A DNA stretch of 63,371 nt, filler included, from Welwitschia mirabilis (lineage: Eukaryota): assembly GCA_051453625.1 (NCBI GenBank). It is 7 parts of one record of this genome, joined end to end, with 100 filler letters (N's around TTAATTAATTAA, not from the genome) between each part and the next. Parts side by side here need not be neighbours in the genome. Positions count along the whole stretch, not along the records: positions 13,015 to 40,201 come from JBOZIK010000001.1; 6 more parts are not named here. One strand, given 5' to 3'. Within the stretch, counting starts at the first letter, position 1. Each line of letters begins with the position of its first letter. The notes under the pieces were generated by a model. The model was not told the origin of the DNA. It saw nothing but the letters and a program-made list of their open reading frames with translations, and did no database searches. This document shows positions 13,015 through 24,845 of the stretch, piece after piece. A program made the translations under genes and the position numbers.

Positions 13015-15358
13015 CTTATCAACGGCTGAGGCTGAATACATAGCTATAGGAGCATGTTGCACCCAACTCTTATGGATAAAACAAATGCTATTGGATTTTG
13101 GTGTAAAGCCAGAGTTAACTATTCTGTGACAACACCAGTGCAATCAACATCACCAAAAATCCAGTTCAACACTCAAGAACAAAACACATTAATATCAGAC
13201 ATCATTCCATCAGGGAGCAAGTTTAGAAGAAATTAATTGAACTAGAACATATGTCGACTTATGATCAAATAGCAGATGTAATGACTAAAAGCTTAACTGA
13301 NNNNNNNNNNNNNNNNNNNNNNNNNNNNNNNNNNNNNNNNNNNNNNNNNNNNNNNNNNNNNNNNNNNNNNNNNNNNNNNNNNNNNNNNNNNNNNNNNNNT
13401 TTTCTTAAGTCTGATCCTTTTTGCACTCGGATGTCCCAGCTTAGCATTAGAACGTCCACAGTCTGGTAATAACCGGACATCCCGCACTTTTTCCTGGACA
13501 TCTGCCTTTCTACAACTTCACTATATATAATTTATTAAAAAAAGAAAAAAGACAAAGGGTTATAACCAAGACGTCCGTCCTCAAAAGTTTGGATGTCTGC
13601 TCTTTAAGGTGGTTGCAACCCTAACGGGATGCTTGCTTTCTTCTTAGCCTTTTTAAAGAGCCTCCTTTATTCTCTTCCTTATTTCNNNNNNNNNNNNNNN
13701 NNNNNNNNNNNNNNNNNNNNNNNNNNNNNNNNNNNNNNNNNNNNNNNNNNNNNNNNNNNNNNNNNNNNNNNNNNNNNNNNNNNNNNNNNNNNNNNNNNNN
13801 NNNNNNNNNNNNNNNNNNNNNNNNNNNNNNNNNNNNNNNNNNNNNNNNNNNNNNNNNNNNNNNNNNNNNNNNNNNNNNNNNNNNNNNNNNNNNNNNNNNN
13901 NNNNNNNNNNNNNNNNNNNNNNNNNNNNNNNNNNNNNNNNNNNNNNNNNNNNNNNNNNNNNNNNNNNNNNNNNNNNNNNNNNNNNNNNNNNNNNNNNNNN
14001 NNNNNNNNNNNNNNNNNNNNNNNNNNNNNNNNNNNNNNNNNNNNNNNNNNNNTCTAGAATCAATTTCTCTTGTCACGAGTTTCCAAATGAAGGTCTATTT
14101 CAAGAAATAACTTCAATTAGTTCTTTAAAAGAAGTAGTGGCATTAGAAGTTTTGACAAATGAGCTTTGTGGGACTAATTTCAACTAAGAGCCAACATTCC
14201 AACATATAAGTATAGTTTTATTTCAAATTTCTATCACAACCTCGTGCCCAAACCTGGCCATAAAGATGAAGTTTCTCTAATCTATGCTTATATTTTGTTT
14301 TGTCTTGGCANNNNNNNNNNNNNNNNNNNNNNNNNNNNNNNNNNNNNNNNNNNNNNNNNNNNNNNNNNNNNNNNNNNNNNNNNNNNNNNNNNNNNNNNNN
14401 NNNNNNNNNNNNNNNNNNNNNNNNNNNNNNNNNNNNNNNNNNNNNNNNNNNNNNNNNNNNNNNNNNNNNNNNNNNNNNNNNNNNNNNNNNNNNNNNNNNN
14501 NNNNNNNNNNNNNNNNNNNNNNNNNNNNNNNNNNNNNNNNNNNNNNNNNNNNNNNNNNNNNNNNNNNNNNNNNNNNNNNNNNNNNNNNNNNNNNNNNNNN
14601 NNNNNNNNNNNNNNNNNNNNNNNNNNNNNNNNNNNNNNNNNNNNNNNNNNNNNNNNNNNNNNNNNNNNNNNNNNNNNNNNNNNNNNNNNNNNNNNNNNNN
14701 NNNNNNNNNNNNNNNNNNNNNNNNNNNNNNNNNNNNNNNNNNNNNNACCAACAGTTTCTGAATATGATGACTCCTCTTCCTAGCTTTCTTCTCTTCTCCT
14801 CCTAGATATCACCATTTTGTATTGTAAAATTTGAACTCTCAACGTTGTCTAATTAAACTTGTAAGGAATACAATATTTTCCTTTCTCATTTTATCAGATA
14901 TACATGTATTGTCTTGTTTTACACTTTTTAATAATGACAAAGGGGGAGAAGATATTCAGATTGAATATTTCAGATTGACTTATTATGTTGCGAAAACAAA
15001 TAACTAACCTCTAAGTGCCCCAAATTGACATATTGTATCTACTCATGTTATAAATTGTATCTCAAATTTTGATAGAACATTATTGCACTAAACCATTTGC
15101 AAAGACCCCTTGTGTGTTACCAATTGTTTACATATCACAGGTCAATCTAGGAGCATAACTTCAGGGGGACTAATTCACCTTCTTTGTTAACAGCTCCTGA
15201 ACAAGGTTGACATCATTGAAAAGGGGGAGATTGNNNNNNNNNNNNNNNNNNNNNNNNNNNNNNNNNNNNNNNNNNNNNNNNNNNNNNNNNNNNNNNNNNN
15301 NNNNNNNNNNNNNNNNNNNNNNNNNNNNNNNNNTTGACATCATTGAAAAGGGGGAGAT

Positions 15359-16103
15359 TGTGGAAGAATCCAAGTTTCAATGATGTCTAAGTTTGCGCAT
15401 TGGTTTCAACGCTAAACCAAAATTACGAAAATTTGAAGTTATGCTAATCGGGACGTCCACCCCATTTGATGGGACGTCCGACCCTGTACGCAAAAATTTA
15501 TATGAGGATGTCCGAGCTCTATTTCCAGGACATTCAGACCTGTATGCAGGAAGCGTGTATGGGGACGTCCGCGTTTGTGATTGGGACATCTGACCCTATA
15601 TTCGGTTGACACTATGGGGACGTCCGAACTTAGGAATGGGACGTTCGGGGTAGTTCTCGATTTTGACAGAAGTCTGGCATTACAACCGGGATGTCCGGTC
15701 TTCAAGAATGGGACGTCCAGATTAGTGAATGTTAAAGCGGAAATATAATTGTTGTGGCAGCCCTAAAAACATCTTTTGACATCTAAATAGCTAGGGTTGT
15801 GAGCCAAATGGCTAGAGCTTCGAATCTAAGGATCCAACAACTATTTTGTGACCTTTTATCTATAAAAGACTTAATCTTCATTGTTGTAAATACCACTCTC
15901 CAAAAATTGTATGTACTGAACTCTGATATAGTTGTACAATTTGAGCTTCATCAAGATATCTAATGTGATTGGAGATCCTACTCTCATTTGTTGATGTACT
16001 ATGCTAAAGGCACTCATACCATCAGATATTCTTCTATTGAAAGCATCTAGTTGCTCATTGGAGTGAGCCTGTATATCTTGTGTGACGGGAGTGGATTGTA
16101 ATA
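15359..16103 (+). repeat. 3' LTR of SIRE element C (truncated by gap)
   Basis: Directly follows PPT AAAAGGGGGAGAT, begins TGTGGAAGAATCC. Confidence 0.88.
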
Positions 16104-16400
16104 NNNNNNNNNNNNNNNNNNNNNNNNNNNNNNNNNNNNNNNNNNNNNNNNNNNNNNNNNNNNNNNNNNNNNNNNNNNNNNNNNNNNNNNNNNNNNNNNN
16201 NNNNNNNNNNNNNNNNNNNNNNNNNNNNNNNNNNNNNNNNNNNNNNNNNNNNNNNNNNNNNNNNNNNNNNNNNNNNNNNNNNNNNNNNNNNNNNNNNNNN
16301 NNNNNNNNNNNNNNNNNNNNNNNNNNNNNNNNNNNNNNNNNNNNNNNNNNNNNNNNNNNNNNNNNNNNNNNNNNNNNNNNNNNNNNNNNNNNNNNNNNNN

Positions 16401-19400
16401 ACACAGTTGGATGACCTGAGGGTGATGTTTGAAGAAAACTTAAGGGTAATCGCGATTCTGAGTTCCTTGCTTGATTCTTGGGAGACTGTTTGCACTACCC
16501 TACTAACTACCTCAGATACTATACCGCACTTGAATACTTTTTTTTCAAAGCTTTTGGATGCGTACAAGACTAGGGTTGTTGAATCTATTGGAAAAGCCCT
16601 TGCTGTTCATAGAGGATGTTCCCAGAGCAGAAGAAGAGGATGTTGGCAAAGCAAGAGCAAAGGAAAATCCGTCAACAAAAGCATTGAATGTTGGCACTGT
16701 AAGAAGAAAGGTCATTTACGGAAGGACTGCTATAACCTGAAAAACAAGCGTAAACAAAAGGAAGGAGGTAACTAGCAGAATCAGGAAGAAGGGCAAGGGT
16801 AGAATACAGAAGGAGATGTTGACATTGTGTTGATTGCAGATGCACAAAAGGTAAACATTTCCAATACTCTTGCCCTAATGTTTAGATTCTGGACTTTGGT
16901 GCTTACTTTCATATCTACCCAGATGNNNNNNNNNNNNNNNNNNNNNNNNNNNNNNNNNNNNNNNNNNNNNNNNNNNNNNNNNNTTGTTTCTTCAGGATGT
17001 TAGACATATGCCTCAACTTGCTAAAAACTTAATTTCAGTAGGTCAATTTAGATGCTGCTGGTGGTTCAATCTTCTTTGACGTAGGTGGCTGGAAGGTAAC
17101 GAAAGGTGCCGTGGTGTTGGCATAAGGACACAAAGGAGGGACCTTGTACACTCTGCATGCTGATGTGCTACAACACAATGTTGCTCTTGCTGACGATGAG
17201 GACCTATCTCTTTGGCATAACAGACTTGGACATCTCAGTGAAATTGGCATGAAGGTTCTTAGTTCTAAAAACTTGCTTCCAAAGTTTGACTTTCTATAAG
17301 GATTGTGCTATTGCAAAAGCAAAACGTGTAAACTTTAAGAAATCCATTCTAAAAATAAAAGTGCGGGAAAGCTAGATTTGGTTTATTCCGATGTTGTTGG
17401 GCCTATGACAGTGATGTCTTTTGGTGGAGCTTCGTATTTTGTTACTTCTATTGATGACTTTAGTCGAACAACTTGGTTGTTTCCGGTATCCTCGAAAGAT
17501 AGTCTTTAGAAAGATATAATAGAATTGTCCACACAAAGACACCTCCATATACACCTCAAAATAATGGAGTGGCTGAAAGATATAATAGAATGGTTTTAGA
17601 AAGATTGTGTTCATTGTTGCAGCAATCAGGAGTTCCAAAACATCTTTGGGCTAAAGAAGCCAACACAACTACATATCTTATAAACAGGTCATCGCATTTA
17701 GCAGTTCAAGAAGGAATACCAAAGTTTGTGTGGAGTGGGAGGAAGCTATCTTTCTCTCACTTGAATGTGTTTGGCTGTGAAGCTTATGTGCATCAGCAGA
17801 ACACAGAAAAATTAGATGGACGTGCACGCAGGTGCATTTTTCTAGGTTATGGAGGAGACAATCTTGGTTACAGGTTGTGGGATCCAATGGACAAGAAGGT
17901 GATTAGAGCACATAATGCGGCCTTCTGTGAACAACAAATATTTTACACGTCATTGGAAAAGAACCAGAAGGAAGGAGTTCCTGACTTTAGCGCTTTGCAA
18001 AAGACTTTTAAAATTCCAGATCACAAGGATGACGGTAAAGCGAGTGATCCTCCTGATGATGAGAATCATGAAGATGAAGATAATCCACCTGAATTGCAGC
18101 AACCTAATCTTTCATAAGGTGATGATGAAGGAGAGCCTCATGCTCCTGCACATTGGGTAAGAAGGTCTTCTCGTCCCAATAGAGCACTTGTTAGATATTC
18201 TCCATCATTGCATTATATTCTGTACACAGATAAAGGAGAACCTGAAACATGGGATGTGGTTCCCTTGCCAGTTGGGACATGTGCCTTGTCCAATAGATGG
18301 GTCTTCAGAAGCAAGGAAGAGGCAAATGGAAAGGAGTGTTACAGGGCAAGATTGGTTGTAAAAGGTTTTGGGCAGAAACCAGGTATTGATTTTACTGAAA
18401 TTTTTTCTCCGTTGGTGAAGCATTCTTCTGTTTGTGTTATCTTGTCTATTGTTGCTGTTTTGAATTTGGAATTAGAGCAGTTGGATATTAAGACTGTTTT
18501 TCTGTATGGTGNNNNNNNNNNNNNNNNNNNNNNNNNNNNNNNNNNNNNNNNNNNNNNNNNNNNNNNNNNNNNNNNNNNNNNNNNNNNNNNNNNNNNNNNN
18601 NNNNNNNNNNNNNNNNNNNNNNNNNNNNNNNNNNNNNNNNNNNNNNNNNNNNNNNNNNNAAATATAGGAGGAGTATGTAGATCACTATATTTATCTCCGT
18701 GGATAAGCTTCTAGTAAGATTGTTATTTTATTGTTGTATGTCGATGATATGCTTGTTACTGAAAATGACATACAAAAAATTAAGAGGCTGAAAAAGGAGA
18801 GGGGAAAACGCTTTGCAACCAAGGACTTGAGTCTTGTAAAACAGATTCTTGGAATGAAAATTTCTAGGGACAGATCATGTGGGAAACTGTGGCTTAGTTA
18901 GTCTGATTACATTGGCAAAGTATTACAATGTTTTAACATAACTGACTGTAAACCGGGTGGAATACCATTAGCAAGTCACTTTCAATTGTCTCTGGAGGAT
19001 TGCCCAAAAACTGAAGTAGAGCAGGAAAGAATGGAAGCGGTTCCTTATGCTACAACTGTTGGAAGCTTGATGTATGCTATGGTCTGCACAAGATTGGATA
19101 TTTCATATGTAGTGAGAGCTGTCTCACATTTTGTGAGCAACCCTGGTCTAAAGCATTGGGAAGCTATAAAATGGATCTTGCACTATCTAACAGNNNNNNN
19201 NNNGTGAATGCCAATTATGCTCAGTGTAAAAATACAAGAAAGTCCACCACTGGTTATGTTTTCTTGATGGGAGGTGGTCTTGTTAGTTGGATGTCCCGTT
19301 TGCAAAGAGACATGGCTTTGTCGACTACAGAAGTAGAGTACATCGCTATAATAGAGGCAAGTAACGAAATGATCTAGCTAAGACGTTCACTTGACTAGTT

Positions 19401-19434
19401 TGAGTTGAAACAACAGCAATATGTGATTTATTGT
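16401..19434 (+). pseudogene. Copia B gag(C-term)-pol remnant
   Basis: ORF fragments 16407-16775, 17569-18117, 18208-18714, 18986-19207, 19156-19377. Confidence 0.92.
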
Positions 19435-19816
19435 NNNNNNNNNNNNNNNNNNNNNNNNNNNNNNNNNNNNNNNNNNNNNNNNNNNNNNNNNNNNNNNNNN
19501 NNNNNNNNNNNNNNNNNNNNNNNNNNNNNNNNNNNNNNNNNNNNNNNNNNNNNNNNNNNNNNNNNNNNNNNNNNNNNNNNNNNNNNNNNNNNNNNNNNNN
19601 NNNNNNNNNNNNNNNNNNNNNNNNNNNNNNNNNNNNNNNNNNNNNNNNNNNNNNNNNNNNNNNNNNNNNNNNNNNNNNNNNNNNNNNNNNNNNNNNNNNN
19701 NNNNNNNNNNNNNNNNNNNNNNNNNNNNNNNNNNNNNNNNNNNNNNNNNNNNNNNNNNNNNNNNNNNNNNNNNNNNNNNNNNNNNNNNNNNNNNNNNNNN
19801 NNNNNNNNNNNNNNNN

Positions 19817-20181
19817 TTTAAAACTATCCTTAGGGGTGTTAGGTAGAGATGGGACATGTGTCAAGAGAGGGATGATACCTTCTTTAGGGTTTGGCTTGTA
19901 ACCCTAATTGGTTGTAACCCTTGGCCTATTTAATGGTGGTGTGAGGATTGTTTGTAATATAGACAAACAAAGTTGATAGAGTTCTGTGAGGCATTCTTTC
20001 CTGAAGCCTGTCATTGGCTTGAAGCCTGTTCTTGGCTTGTAATCAATGAAGAAGATAATAGAGCTTTGCATTAATTTCCTGTGGTTTTTCTCCTCATTGG
20101 GGTTTTCCACATAAATCGTTGTATCTTTGTGTTCTCTTGTTGCTTTCCTTAATTGCTTTGTTGTTGTGTATTTTTGTAACA
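19817..20181 (+). repeat. 3' LTR of Copia B (visible part; 5' end lies in the N gap)
   Basis: Aligns with the 5' LTR, ends GTAACA. Confidence 0.85.
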
Positions 20182-20270
20182 CATTCCATAGGCCATTTAC
20201 TCACTCTGTGAAGGGTCTCTAAGAAAAAGATTTAAATGGAAAGCACTTTGAACATTGTTCTGATACCACT

Positions 20271-20667
20271 CGTTATGAATCTTAACTGTAAATCAATGCT
20301 AAAGGAAACAAAACAACGAGCAAAAGAAAAACACATACACATATTTATGTGGAAAACCCTTTCGGGAAAAACTACGGGAAGTAGGCAGATCTTTTAATCT
20401 TATTTAAGGAGCAAAAGAATCAATAGTCCAAAACAAACCCCCATGCAACCTTTAAATAGGTTTAGGGTTTCATGCCAAGACAATCTAGAAAGTTCCTCCT
20501 CTTTAGCCTCTCTCCCTCTCCCTCTCTCTCTCTATCTCTCTCTTAGTTGTAAATATGCGAAGGAGTTAAAACAAAGCCTCCTTTTAAAACATTACAAAAA
20601 AGGGTGTCAATGTTAAAACACAACGTCACAATATAAAAAAGACAAATTTGGTTTCACTTTTGCATCA
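20271..20667 (-). repeat. 5' LTR of Copia A (contains a CT microsatellite at about 20507-20542)
   Basis: Aligns with 3859-4231, adjacent PBS. Confidence 0.88.
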
Positions 20668-21559
20668 TGTTTGGCATAAGTAAAGAAAATTCTAAAAATT
20701 TATCATGCTTGTGCTTGCAGTGACTATGCTTCACACTAGGACTCCTAAGTCACACACTGTCCACTTCATATGCATTCCTTTGATTTTACAATGTAATTAA
20801 GCTATCTTGTGATTTGGCTTTATGGCTTTATGCCTAATCCAACATTTCCATTTGAAGACAAATTTTGTACCTCAAGGATTATCCACTTTGCAACAACCGA
20901 AGAAGAAACTCTTCATTTTGTAATTAGTTGTTTTTCCTTTCAATAATGGCCAATGGACATATGTGTTGGATTGTTAGATGTGGAAAATTGGTAAGCTGCT
21001 ACAAAGCTTCCTCTAATGCCCACTTCTTGAAGTGATACGAAATGTCAGTGTGCTTGATCTCTGAATGGAAGTGAAATCTATCAATTTGGGCCATACGAAG
21101 AAGAATTTTTATTTTTCATTTTTGACAAGAAAATGAAAAGCCCTTTTTCATCAAAGGGCTGCAGAAGGAGACATGGATCACAACATCTTCCTGACAAGAA
21201 ATAAGATTGTAGAGCCAAGAGACTAAAGAGATCAATATATCAACTAGATACAACAAAAACCAGAGTCCTAAGCAAAGTTAGATCGATCATACTGTCTTTT
21301 TAGGTGCGAAACAGAAGTAGCTCGAGTTCCCACTACTGCTTTTGTCCTATCTGGATTTGTGCTAAAAATTGGAATTTCTCGTCATTGCTTTTGTTTTCTC
21401 TGGATTTGTGCGAAAAGCTGGAATTCCCCACTATTATTGCTGTTTTATCTGGATCTAGGCATTAATAAAAGTAGATATCTGAATCTATCAAAGGCTCAAA
21501 TTCCTAGCTAGATGCATACTACACTTCTCCATCCCCAAAGGATGAGAGACCACAGAGAG

Positions 21560-22190
21560 ACATTGTCCTCCCTTTTTCTTTGAAAACTCCTTGGATTGTG
21601 TTCTCTTGAGACCTTGTACCATAGAGTTATGAGAACAAGTCTCTATGCAGAGCATCTTTTTTCATCATTGCTTTTTACTTTCCACCTTTTCAAGCACATT
21701 CTGAATTATGTTTTCTTGAAGTTTAGAACCTGTCAGACTCTTAGTTCTTTCATAAAGCCTCTCGATATAGGTGCAATTGAGAAAGATATTGTCAATTGTT
21801 TTATAAGTATCACTAAAGGTACACTCCTTGGGAGCTGTTACTCCCCTTCCTTCTAAATAAGCTTTTGTAGCGAGCTTCTTCAATAGGACTTTACTAAGAA
21901 AAATGCATTCTCATGGAGTAAAAAGACCTCTTAACGATTATTTAGAGAAGATCTGTTGAGCTGGGTGCATTCTATTACTTGCATCTTTCATTGTATACTT
22001 CCTTGTCTCATCCTCATAATGTTTTAGAGTACCACTTCTTATTTTTTTAAAAACCCCTCCACTTTGCTGATGCATAATAATTTTGGGACAACCTTTAAAG
22101 TTCATATCATTACACAAGTACTTCTGTTTCATGATTTTGATCCATGGTTTATCAAGATTATGAAATTGCCAAACCACATGATGAAGAATA
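21560..22190 (-). mobile_element. Degenerate LINE (L1-like) ORF2 3' fragment with zf-RVT-like region
   Basis: Minus-strand ORFs VWQFHNLDKPWIKIMKQKY and KLATKAYLEGRG..CTF..TIDNIFLNC resemble plant LINE post-RT and zf-RVT motifs. Boundaries approximate. Confidence 0.6.
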
Positions 22191-22869
22191 GTGAAAAATA
22201 TAATACTTATATTTTAAATATTACTAATGAAGATTCTGCCTTATTCTTTTTTCTATAAAGGATTGCATTTTAGTTTCTTTGAGTTCATTTTCAAACAAAT
22301 AAGAAGCATTAAGAATGTAAATGTCGATTTATGAAATGTAATAAGTTGGTAGGAATACAAAATAGGTAGGGTGAAGAGGACATAGATCTTGCTCGTACAT
22401 GGCAGCAAAACACAATTTGTGATGCACAAATCACAAAGGAAAGAGAAAAGAAGGTACAAAGAGAAAGGGAACGAAAGGAACTTGGAAAGAAACCTTCTCA
22501 AGGATGCCGTTATGAATTCTTATACATCTCTTGCATTCTTTGAGGATTGCTTTCTCTCATTTCTCCTTCTGTTGAGCTTGCTTCTCTTCTTCCTGTACTT
22601 CCTCTTTGCAGTTCCCTCCTCCCTTCCTAGTTTCCTTGGTCCTAACTGCTAATTCACCACTCAAAGACCACCACTCATATTTTCTTTGCGTCCTATGACC
22701 TCTCTAATATTCCAGTTATTGCACAGAGGAGAAATCAAGCTGTCACCCCATGAACATCTCCACTGCCTGAGATGTAGTCTTTCACCTCTCAATGTTGATA
22801 TTTCCATCTTTTAAAACTCTGCTCAAGTTTGATGAATGGCATTGCCTTACTATCTGTCAATGTCTATGT

Positions 22870-23800
22870 TCAGCTAGAACCTCTTGTTGTAAAACCAAGG
22901 TAAAATCTTCCATCTATGTTTTATGTTTCCTTTTGTTTTTAAAAGTTGACGTTAAAAGGTAGTTAAAGTCTTTGTTATGTTAAGTCAGTTTTTGTAACTT
23001 AATAGTGACTTGGAGATATGTCAAGGTTTTGTTAGGCTTTTAACTCTAGTGAAAACCTATATAAAGTGCTACTGGGGTAGAAAGGTCTTCAAAATCTAGA
23101 GAGATGATAGAAGCAAGGGTTGGGTGCTTGCTTGAGAGTTTCTTCTGCTAGAGTCCTTGCTTTGTTTGTAACACCCTACTAAGGCTATGAAGGTTGACTT
23201 GTGTCATAGGATTCTTGAACAATTAAGGGAGCTTTGCACTATTCTCGTGGACTTAGGATACAACAGGCATGAACCACAAGAGATTCTTGTACTCCTATTT
23301 CTTTGTGCTATTGCTTGGACTATTTCTATTGGATAATTTTTGTAACAACTTGCACCAGATCTTCATTGTGGTTAGGATTAAATGGTTGTTGCTTCTTGGG
23401 GAGCACAACGAATTTATCTGTGTCTGTATAACTTTTTTGCCCTTCAATGGAGAGATTTCATACAACTTGCAAGCTTGTTGGAGAGAATTGGAATGTTTGA
23501 AGCCTACTGATGAAGGATACTCTAATGTAGAAAAATCATGTTGAATCTCATTGGAGTTATAAAGTTGTCAACAATCGGTGATGAAGATTAGATTAAGATG
23601 AAGCCAAAAGTTTATTTTGCTAGTTTACCCCTCCCTAAGCAACAAAATTCTCAAGTCCATTAGACATGAGAGAAATCCACCAATCCTTGGGATGAAGCTG
23701 AAAAACAACTTTGATAAATCCCTGGCCTTAAATTGTTTCCATATTTATTTGAAGGATTTAAATTTAACAATCAAGCTTGTATTCTTGCTCCAATATCAGC
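22870..23800 (+). mobile_element. Possible decayed LTR with PBS and gag remnant
   Basis: CCTATATAAA box, GTGGACTTAGG...GAACCAC LTR-type motif, TGTAACA followed by PBS-like TTGCACCAGATC at about 23350. Weak. Confidence 0.4.
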
Positions 23801-24477
23801 TGGATGCAATGCTTCTAGTCCATGATAGTTAGTTCATAGTCATTAGAAATTAGTTATAATAACTAGCTTTATATTGTCATATAATTAATTATCGTCAAAA
23901 CGTCATGGTCCTTTATTTTCTAAGGACATGAACATTCATGTAATTTACAGATCATGTAATTTCTCATCTTTTGCTTATAAATCCATTCAATTCATTCTTA
24001 AATTTCATTCTGTTAAGGACTTAAGAAGTTGAGAGTTGTGAAGTGAGAGACTTACTAATAAAATGATTTCTTCAACATTATTGTTTTTCTATGATTTACC
24101 TCTAAGCTGATTTTCATGCTCCAAACATTTTAGCATAAAGCATTTGATAAAGTAACACTCCAAAAGAGAGACTTTGTAATAAAATCTGGTTTTACAATAA
24201 AAAGAGCACCTGAATAAGTAAAAGATGTAAAATATGGCTTTATATTCCAATATTAGCATAAGCGCTACTGAATTACTTAGTTACATATTGCTTGTTTTAC
24301 CAATTATGAGATCTTTGTGATCTTTTATAAATACTTGATCTTGATTGGATCATTGAACTTTGTGCATCTTAATGATTAGTTTTCTTTAGGAAATATTTTT
24401 ATGTACTCAAGAACACAGATGTTACCTTGAATGTCATTTCTAGCTTTTGAAATGCTCACTCATCTACTCCCTTACAG

Positions 24478-24845
24478 GTATGCCCTAGGTGCATATTTCG
24501 CATTTTTGGAATAGTTGAAGATGTGTATTCATCGAACTTGTGTTCATTTATAAATTTATGGCCATTAGTAAGCCATTCATCCAATGAGAATGAAGGCGTG
24601 CAACAAAAAGGATCTGGTAATGGGCTTATAGAAGAGCACCAAGATAGAGAGGAAACATGCATTGCGTGTTTGGGAATATTACAAATGCTATGCTATGATG
24701 AGGATAAAGGCATAAACACTGGCAACATATTTGACTTTGCATCCAATATAATGAAGACAGTTAAAGATGAGGGTCATCAATTTAACAACTTTTGTCTTGA
24801 AGTTTCAGTCCCTCCCATCATTTTTGTACGTGAACACGCTATCAG
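24478..24845 (+). CDS. PUS10: PUS10 exon 2 (VCPRCIFRIFG...ETCIACLGILQ...FCLEVSVPP...EHAI), N-terminal region with two CxxC motifs
   Basis: Acceptor CTTACAG at 24471-24477, donor AG|GTAAT at 24846. CPRC and CIAC match the Zn-binding cysteine pairs of Pus10. Overlaps ORF 24523-24849. Confidence 0.92.

Larger units (their letters stand above)
9011..16400 (+). mobile_element. SIRE/Sirevirus-type Copia element C, inserted into gag of B (innermost)
   Basis: 5' LTR 9011-10179 ends in the SIRE-typical ATTCACCC..CCCTCTAG motif. PBS TGATATCAGAGC at 10182-10193. gag starts about 10229 (RPSFFDGNNHPHWK), followed by INT (RSDRGGKF, TPQQNGVAERKNR), RH, and a post-pol extra-ORF region. Multiple PPTs (AAAGGGGGAGA near 14939 and 15347, TCAGGGGGA near 15161). 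3' LTR runs from 15359 into the gap at 16104-16400, so the right end is unresolved. Confidence 0.9.
7909..20181 (+). mobile_element. Ty1/copia LTR retrotransposon B (Tnt1/Tork-like), inserted antisense into gag of A
   Basis: 5' LTR 7909-8440 (TG..CA), PBS TGGTATCAAAGC at 8443-8454. 3' LTR ends at 20181 and starts in an N gap. gag runs about 8634-9010 and resumes at 16401 (CWHCKKKGHLRKDC). INT (GVPKHLWAKEANT), RT (LLYVDDML), RH (RKSTTGY). Flanks CCTTC / CATTC. Confidence 0.9.
3859..20667 (-). mobile_element. Ty1/copia LTR retrotransposon A (Tnt1/Tork-like), outermost of the nest, decayed
   Basis: LTR pair 3859-4231 and 20271-20667. PPT (CAAGTGGGAGAA on minus) at 4232-4243. tRNA-Met-type PBS (TGGTATCAGAAC on minus) at 20257-20268. 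Minus-strand gag zinc knuckle (CLYCKKKGHLHKDGC), protease, integrase (VPKLFWAKA), RT (FLHGDLEEEIY) and RNase H (HTRTKRIDVKYHF) with stops and frameshifts. Flanks CATTT / TGTTT. Confidence 0.9.
541..24477 (+). other. PUS10 intron 1, about 23.9 kb as assembled, filled with nested retrotransposons
   Basis: GT at 541, AG at 24476-24477, phase-0 join of exon 1 and exon 2. Depends on the exon 1 call. Confidence 0.78.

Noticed and set aside
15207..15360. Apparent duplicated PPT/LTR start (TTGACATCATTGAAAAGGGGGAGATTG twice)
   Set aside because: Identical copies flank a 100-N gap, consistent with an unmerged contig overlap
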